Source of the DNA: a virus
Taxonomy: Duplodnaviria > Caudoviricetes
Direction: 5' to 3' (one strand)
IMG/VR virus record: IMGVR_UViG_3300020045_008682
Location: 1 to 47,870 of that record
Length of the DNA stretch: 47,870 nt
Shown: one piece after another, positions 6,856 through 10,923 of the stretch
How the letters are laid out: each line of letters begins with the position of its first letter
Position numbering within the stretch: the first letter of the stretch is position 1
Position numbers and translations under genes: made by a program
Notes under the pieces: model-generated
The model's database searches: none
Told to the model about the DNA's origin: nothing
Seen by the model: the letters and a program-made list of their open reading frames with translations, nothing else

Positions 6856-7308
6856 ATGAACTTCAGGACCCTATCAAACAGAAAAACAGTTGACTTAGTT
6901 GACTATGTAAAAGCGTATTTAAACGCGAATCCCAACACCGAATTGTTAGTTGGGTGCGACTCGCAAAACTATGCGTATAATACAACATATGCAACGGTAG
7001 TCGCACTTTATAAGCCGAAGGGTGGTGCGCACGTTTTATTTAATAAAGAGGTTTTACCTTTAGAAAAAGTAAGACAAGTGCGTTTAATGAATGAGGTTTG
7101 GAAATCAGTTGAAACAGCAGAAATACTTAAAAACGCTGGTTTACCTCAAGTTAAATACATCGATATAGATGTTAACCCTGATAAAAGATATAAATCAAAC
7201 GAAGTTCTAAGAGCGGCAGTTGGTTTAGTTGAAGGTATGGGTTACAAAGTTAGATACAAATCATTAGGTGTTATGGCAACATACGCTGCAGATATGTTAG
7301 TAAAATAA
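6856..7308 (+). CDS. RNase H-like YkuK/DUF458-family protein
   Basis: LLVGCDSQ, RLMNEVWKS, IDIDVN, A-T-YAAD motifs; true start likely 6856 because the longer ORF overlaps tRNA-Ser. Confidence 0.8.
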   Translation: MNFRTLSNRKTVDLVDYVKAYLNANPNTELLVGCDSQNYAYNTTYATVVALYKPKGGAHVLFNKEVLPLEKVRQVRLMNEVWKSVETAEILKNAGLPQVKYIDIDVNPDKRYKSNEVLRAAVGLVEGMGYKVRYKSLGVMATYAADMLVK

Positions 7309-7313
7309 CAAAT

Positions 7314-7386
7314 TGTTCTTTCGTCCAACGGATTAGGACACTTCGCTACGAACGAGGAAATAGGGGTTCGAATCCCTTAAGAACAA
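7314..7386 (+). tRNA. tRNA-Arg(ACG)
   Basis: TGTTCTT/AAGAACA, loop CT-ACG-AA. Confidence 0.88.
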
Positions 7387-7392
7387 CTAAAA

Positions 7393-7462
7393 GTTCAGGT
7401 TGGTTTAGGAAGCCGGATGGTCTGCAAAACCATTGAAGTAGGTTCGATTCCTACCTTGAACT
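7393..7462 (+). tRNA. tRNA-Cys(GCA)
   Basis: GTTCAGG/CTTGAAC-T (U73), loop CT-GCA-AA; short atypical D arm. Confidence 0.82.
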
Positions 7463-7469
7463 CAAATAC

Positions 7470-7543
7470 GCGAGTGTGGTGAAATGGTATCATGCCGGTC
7501 TCCAAAACCGTTGTTGAGGGTTCGAATCCTTCCACTCGTGCCA
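7470..7543 (+). tRNA. tRNA-Trp(CCA)
   Basis: GCGAGTG/CACTCGT-G-CCA, loop CT-CCA-AA. Confidence 0.9.
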
Positions 7544-7544
7544 A

Positions 7545-7559
7545 TTAGAATGATTCTAA
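7545..7559. promoter_or_regulatory. palindromic operator-like site (copy 3, perfect)
   Basis: TTAGAAT-G-ATTCTAA. Confidence 0.65.
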
Positions 7560-7582
7560 ATGAATTTTTCTTTTAAAATAGG

Positions 7583-7611
7583 TTGGAATTACGAGATATT
7601 GTTCGTATATT
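7583..7611 (+). promoter_or_regulatory. promoter of second tRNA/ncRNA block
   Basis: ttggaattacgagatattgttcgtatatt. Confidence 0.75.
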
Positions 7612-7634
7612 TACACCATAATAAGAATTAGAAA

Positions 7635-7654
7635 GTTCTTTGACGTATGAGAAA
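7635..7654 (+). promoter_or_regulatory. boxA-like element, copy 2
   Basis: exact 20-nt repeat of 6085-6104 just before the first tRNA of the block. Confidence 0.6.
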
Positions 7655-7660
7655 TTAAAT

Positions 7661-7741
7661 ACCCTGGTGGTGGAATGGTAGACACGCCGGTCTTAGAAAC
7701 CGGTGCTTAAACGCATGCGAGTTCGAGTCTCGCCCTCGGTA
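7661..7741 (+). tRNA. tRNA-Leu(UAG), two acceptor-stem mismatches
   Basis: loop CT-TAG-AA, Leu D arm, variable arm; ACCCTGG/CCTCGGT. Confidence 0.8.
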
Positions 7742-7746
7742 CAAAT

Positions 7747-7828
7747 GGTTGGTCACTGTAAATGGCTTCGCAGTGGGACGATATGTAAGTAGAAATACTT
7801 TAAATGGGTTCAAGACCCATACCAACCT
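7747..7828 (+). ncRNA. tRNA-like RNA without an anticodon arm
   Basis: acceptor GGTTGGT/ACCAACC, T arm ATGGG-TTCAAGA-CCCAT, CACTG/CAGTG and AAGTA-GAAA-TACTT hairpins. Confidence 0.6.
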
Positions 7829-7835
7829 CAAATAT

Positions 7836-7954
7836 AGTCAGGTGGCGGAATGGTAGACGCTGTGTATGCTCGATTAGACACCAGTACGAGGCAATGAAAA
7901 TCTTGCACGTAGGGCTTAGAAAACTGGTTACAGGTTCGGATCCTGTCCTGACTA
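7836..7954 (+). ncRNA. tRNA-Leu-shell RNA, copy 1
   Basis: AGTCAGG-TGGCGGAATGGTAGACGC ... ACAGGTTCGGATCCTGT-CCTGACT-A with ~70-nt structured insert. Confidence 0.7.
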
Positions 7955-7958
7955 CAAA

Positions 7959-8022
7959 GCATAAGTTCCCGAATCTTGATGCAAAGAATGGGTAAATCGG
8001 TGACAGCTCGGAAAGTACGAGC
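7959..8022 (+). ncRNA. candidate small structured RNA
   Basis: GCAT-AAG/CTT-G-ATGC stem, possible CCGA/TCGG pseudoknot, terminal GCTCG-gaaagta-CGAGC hairpin. Confidence 0.4.
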
Positions 8023-8027
8023 AATAT

Positions 8028-8133
8028 AGTCAGGTGGCGGAAGCTATCGGTAGAGTGATGATTGATTGGAAGACATTAAATTGACACCCACTCAATATGT
8101 AGCTTAATGCGGGTTCGAATCCCGTCCTGATTA
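8028..8133 (+). ncRNA. tRNA-Leu-shell RNA, copy 2
   Basis: AGTCAGG-TGGCGG ... GCGGGTTCGAATCCCGT-CCTGATT-A; insert AAGCTA/TAGCTT, GAGTG/CACTC. Confidence 0.65.
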
Positions 8134-8138
8134 CAAAT

Positions 8139-8242
8139 TCATTCTTAGTGTTATATGGTAAAACACGTTGACTCTTATATCGCCTGGTTAGTACTGACCC
8201 GAATATAAGGTGAGTAAGTTGGTTCGATTCCAACAGAATGGA
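8139..8242 (+). ncRNA. tRNA-like RNA with elongated anticodon arm
   Basis: TCATTCT/AGAATGG-A, D arm GTGT/ACAC, T arm GTTGG-TTCGATT-CCAAC; ~50-nt hairpin capped by a GTAC tetraloop. Confidence 0.62.
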
Positions 8243-8249
8243 CAAATAC

Positions 8250-8324
8250 GCCTTCATAGCTCAGTGGTAGAGCAAGCGGCTGTTAACCGCTCGGTCGTAG
8301 GTTCGAATCCTGCTGTGGGCGCCA
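8250..8324 (+). tRNA. tRNA-Asn(GUU)
   Basis: loop CT-GTT-AA, G73-CCA. Confidence 0.93.
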
Positions 8325-8332
8325 AAATAATT

Positions 8333-8404
8333 GCTCCTATCGACAAGCGGTTAAGTCATGTCCCTTTCACGGACAAGTCACGGGTTCGAATCCCGTTGGG
8401 AGTA
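8333..8404 (+). tRNA. tRNA-Glu(UUC)
   Basis: GCTCCTA/TGGGAGT, loop CT-TTC-AC. Confidence 0.92.
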
Positions 8405-8413
8405 CAAATAACT

Positions 8414-8488
8414 AGCGGGAAACTAGAGCTGGTGCACTGACGAGTCTCATAAGCTCGGACTAGGTGGGTTCGATTCCCACTCCCGCTA
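8414..8488 (+). tRNA. tRNA-Met(CAU), initiator or elongator unclear
   Basis: AGCGGGA/TCCCGCT, loop CT-CAT-AA; atypical D arm. Confidence 0.78.
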
Positions 8489-8489
8489 C

Positions 8490-8600
8490 AAAATGTTTGG
8501 TGAAAATAAGGCTTTTGTTTCTATATAGGAAAGGTGACTAAGAAACGGAAACTAGAGTCTTTTAGGGGTACAATCGCTAGTATAGCCCTAACAACATTTT
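8490..8600 (+). ncRNA. candidate multi-helix ncRNA
   Basis: closing AAAATGTT/AACATTTT; AGGCTTT/AGAGTCT, GTTTCT/AGAAAC, TTAGGG/CCCTAA helices. Confidence 0.45.
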
Positions 8601-8605
8601 AAAAC

Positions 8606-8705
8606 GTGTTGTTCCTTTGAGAAAGGAAATATAAAGATGAGTGGCATTACTTGAATTATGGAAAACATAATCGTACACTACAACACTAAGGATTTCTCAC
8701 CCTTA
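8606..8705 (+). ncRNA. candidate kissing-loop ncRNA
   Basis: GTGTTG/CAACAC closing stem; TTCCTT-TGAGA-AAGGAA loop complementary to TCTCA in TAAGG/CCTTA hairpin. Confidence 0.55.
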
Positions 8706-8708
8706 TCT

Positions 8709-8779
8709 TACCCTCTCGTCTAACGGCAGGACAAGTGGTTTTGGGCCACTGAATCGGAGTTCGAATCTCTGGGGGGTAA
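8709..8779 (+). tRNA. tRNA-Gln(UUG)
   Basis: TACCCTC/GGGGGTA, loop TT-TTG-GG. Confidence 0.88.
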
Positions 8780-8780
8780 C

Positions 8781-8887
8781 AAAATAGATACCTTTGAATA
8801 TGCTTCGATTGAAGCACTAGACAGGAACGTAGAAGCGGGAGGATGAATAGCACAGGCAGGCCTCCAACGTTGTGCAAAGTCTATTTT
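8781..8887 (+). ncRNA. candidate rod-like ncRNA
   Basis: AAAATAGA/TCTATTTT, CTTTG/CAAAG, TGCTTC-GATT-GAAGCA, AACGT/ACGTT, GGAGG/CCTCC. Confidence 0.5.
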
Positions 8888-8891
8888 AATT

Positions 8892-8964
8892 GGGCTGTTG
8901 GTATAGTTGGCTAACACGATTGCCTTGCACGCAATAGTCCCCAGTTCGAATCTGGGACGGTCCA
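8892..8964 (+). tRNA. tRNA-Ala(UGC)
   Basis: G3:U70 pair, loop CT-TGC-AC. Confidence 0.92.
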
Positions 8965-8967
8965 CAA

Positions 8968-9178
8968 TGAGTAAGAGATACTCAGCAGTCTTTCATCCAA
9001 GACTCATTTAACAATGGATGGGGTTAAAAAACGCCTCCCAAAGGCAATCGGTTCGGAATAAAACAGCATCAGACTCGATGACTGCCGACGTATAGAGTTG
9101 ACTTTTTCAAGGAGTAAGATCCGCAGGGTTGCAAACAGAAAACCGGGAATATCTAATCATCAGGAATCTCATGATGGT
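8968..9178 (+). ncRNA. large pseudoknotted ncRNA (possibly manA-like motif)
   Basis: TGAGTA-AGAGA-TACTCA; AGTCTT-TCATCC-AAGACT loop pairs GGATG (9016); 3' ATCATCA-GGAATCTCA-TGATGGT loop pairs GAGA; family name is a tentative recollection. Confidence 0.55.
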
Positions 9179-9185
9179 GTAATTC

Positions 9186-9260
9186 GGTCTATTAGTGTAG
9201 TGGTTAACACGCCTCACTGTCTATGAGGTAGCCTCGGTTCGAATCCGTGATAGACCGCCA
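9186..9260 (+). tRNA. tRNA-Asp(GUC)
   Basis: GGTCTAT/ATAGACC-G-CCA, loop CT-GTC-TA. Confidence 0.92.
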
Positions 9261-9315
9261 ACAGCTTAAATGTTGTGCAGGAGTACCCGATCTCCGATAG
9301 TCAAACAAAGGGGTT

Positions 9316-9476
9316 AGTCAGGTGGCGGAATTGGTATACGCTGACGTTAAGGGCTTAGAGATATGATAAGTAACGAAAGTTCCCCTTCCTTGAACGTCTG
9401 TCCGATGATTAAATCGGGCTGTGTGATGTAAAGCGCACGGATGCAATCAATACAGGTTCGAATCCTGTCCTGACTA
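9316..9476 (+). ncRNA. tRNA-Leu-shell RNA, copy 3
   Basis: AGTCAGG-TGGCGGAATTGGTATACGC ... ACAGGTTCGAATCCTGT-CCTGACT-A with ~110-nt multi-hairpin insert. Confidence 0.7.
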
Positions 9477-9491
9477 CTAAAAATTAAAAAT

Positions 9492-9662
9492 ATGAAAGAA
9501 AAGTTATTAAAAGATTTACCAATCTACCTTAACGGGTTTGCTGTAGGACTGTTGTTTTTTTCTATATCTAATATCCAAGTAATTGATATTTGTATGTTTA
9601 TTTTATCTGGTGTAACTTTCTTTTGGTACGGTAAAACAAAAAACAACATAATACAAAAGTAG
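9492..9662 (+). CDS. small membrane protein (56 aa)
   Basis: MKEKLLKDLPIYLNGFAVGLLFFSISNIQVIDICMFILSGVTFFWYGK..., two hydrophobic segments; not in ORF track. Confidence 0.55.
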   Translation: MKEKLLKDLPIYLNGFAVGLLFFSISNIQVIDICMFILSGVTFFWYGKTKNNIIQK

Positions 9663-9676
9663 AAATAGAACAAAAC

Positions 9677-9764
9677 AGTCAGGTGGCGGAATTGGTAGAC
9701 GCCCTGTTTCTAGACGATGGCCGAAAGCAAGATTTCGGTACAGGTTCAAATCCTGTCCTGACTA
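9677..9764 (+). ncRNA. tRNA-Leu-shell RNA, copy 4 (tRNA-sized, distorted anticodon arm)
   Basis: same shell; CCTGTTTCTAGACGATGG arm, CCGAAA/TTTCGG variable arm. Confidence 0.68.
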
Positions 9765-9767
9765 CAA

Positions 9768-9890
9768 AAGAAAAGCAGTTAAGCTGTAATTGAGAGGTAC
9801 AGTGTTTTAAATACCGAAAAAGGGTTAGTAGTAGGTAGGCGTCACTCATTGCACTCAATCAGTAACCCTGAAAGACCCAAAGCTTTTCTT
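9768..9890 (+). ncRNA. candidate pseudoknotted ncRNA
   Basis: AAGAAAAGC/GCTTTTCTT closing stem; CTGTA-ATTGAGAGG-TACAG loop pairs CTCAAT inside the AGGGTTA/TAACCCT arm. Confidence 0.55.
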
Positions 9891-9895
9891 ATTAC

Positions 9896-9983
9896 GGAAG
9901 TTTGGCAGAGTTGGCCGATTGCGCTAGTCTTGAAAACTAGAGATGTCGAAAGGCATCCGGGGGTTCGAATCCCTCAGCTTCCG
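9896..9983 (+). tRNA. tRNA-Ser(UGA)
   Basis: GGAAGTT/AGCTTCC-G, loop CT-TGA-AA, long variable arm. Confidence 0.93.
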
Positions 9984-9990
9984 CAAATTT

Positions 9991-10062
9991 GCCTCTATAG
10001 TTAAATGGATATAACAGGAATCTTCTAAGTTCTAGTTCGTGGTTCGATTCCACGTGGAGGTA
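9991..10062 (+). tRNA. tRNA-Arg(UCU)
   Basis: GCCTCTA/TGGAGGT, loop CT-TCT-AA. Confidence 0.9.
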
Positions 10063-10117
10063 CAAAAAATTTCTCATACAGCTTGGATATATAAAAAAAC
10101 GTTATTATATTGATATT

Positions 10118-10555
10118 ATGAATTTGACAAAAGCACTAAAACACAAAAAGAAGCTTGTTAAACAGGCAGATGAAGCGTTTATGCGTTTCCAAAGGTACAA
10201 TTCTCAAGTTAAAGAGAATGTAGAAAAAGGTTACGATCCCGAAGCCGCTTATAACAATTGGATTAGGTTAACAAATGAGTTGATTACTCTAAAAACTAAA
10301 ATCCATAACGCAAACGCTCCTATTGCAAATAGAATTTTCCGTTTGGGTGAATTGAAGAATTTGGTTTCTCGTTTACGTAATGTTGAAACTAAAAAAGGAC
10401 TTGTTAGAGAGTATCGTTCATCAGATTCTACTCCAGTTGAATATGTAGCTTACATGGATTTGTTTAATAAAGATAATCAAATTTTCAATTGGGAACAAGA
10501 AATTGAGTCCATCCAAGAAGAAATTGAGGCATTTAATGCCATCACAAAGATATAA
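10118..10555 (+). CDS. coiled-coil protein, DIP1984/DUF6847-like
   Basis: MNLTKALKHKK...LKTKIHNAN...IQEEIEAFNAITKI pattern; own promoter at 10083-10111. Confidence 0.6.
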   Translation: MNLTKALKHKKKLVKQADEAFMRFQRYNSQVKENVEKGYDPEAAYNNWIRLTNELITLKTKIHNANAPIANRIFRLGELKNLVSRLRNVETKKGLVREYRSSDSTPVEYVAYMDLFNKDNQIFNWEQEIESIQEEIEAFNAITKI

Positions 10556-10564
10556 CCAATTTAA

Positions 10565-10760
10565 AGGGTAAGATTAGATTAGTAGCGCCTTGTACGAATC
10601 TGCTTGCGGATTTATACAAATACGCAGATAGGAAACTATCTATATAAGACTGATGCTTAGATATTGATTTTGATTTTGTGCCTTAAGATTTAAAATTCAA
10701 AATTTAAAAGAAGGAAAACTCAAATCTTAAAACTTTTCAGCGAACATTTAATTTTACTCT
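10565..10760 (+). ncRNA. structured RNA with heptamer repeats downstream of the DIP1984-like gene
   Basis: 15-bp closing helix AGGGTAAGATTAGAT/ATTTAATTTTACTCT, two inner hairpins, repeats ttaagat/ttaaaat/tcaaaat/ttaaaag/tcaaatc/ttaaaac. Confidence 0.55.
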
Positions 10761-10773
10761 ACTTTGGTTTTTT

Positions 10774-10847
10774 GGACCTTTAGCTCAGTTGGTTAGAGCA
10801 GATCACTCATAATGATAAGGTCACAGGTTCAAGTCCTGTAGGGTCCA
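10774..10847 (+). tRNA. tRNA(CAU), probably Ile2 (lysidine); Met possible
   Basis: GGACCTT/AGGGTCC-A, TAGCTCAGTTGGTTAGAGC, loop CT-CAT-AA. Confidence 0.85.
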
Positions 10848-10874
10848 CAACACTTAGGAGTATATTTATAGAAG

Positions 10875-10903
10875 ATCTATTATTAATTTAATAGGTCTTT
10901 TTT
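10875..10903 (+). terminator. intrinsic terminator ending RNA island
   Basis: GATCTATTA-ttaatt-TAATAGGTC followed by T run. Confidence 0.6.
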
Positions 10904-10923
10904 CTTTTAATATTTATATGTAT

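Noticed and set aside
6262-8965. ORF-track entries 6262-6456, 6372-6599, 7800-8024, 7804-7995, 8030-8257, 8210-8440, 8686-8877, 8720-8965
   Set aside because: They overlap tRNA or tRNA-like genes and read as typical tRNA shadow translations.
7910-9359. Trans-antitermination by AGGGCTTA in shell RNAs 1 and 3 pairing with TAAGCCC of the attenuator
   Set aside because: Only 7-9 nt match, which is more simply explained as a Leu(UAG) anticodon-arm relic or chance.
9355-9390. Hammerhead ribozyme in the copy 3 insert (TGATAAG...CGAAA)
   Set aside because: No CUGAnGA core or correctly placed three-stem junction.
7836-9764. CRISPR-like array or group I intron-containing tRNAs as explanation for the AGTCAGG repeats
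   Set aside because: The repeats are paired tRNA halves at irregular spacing, and the inserts (up to ~110 nt) are too short and lack group I core elements.
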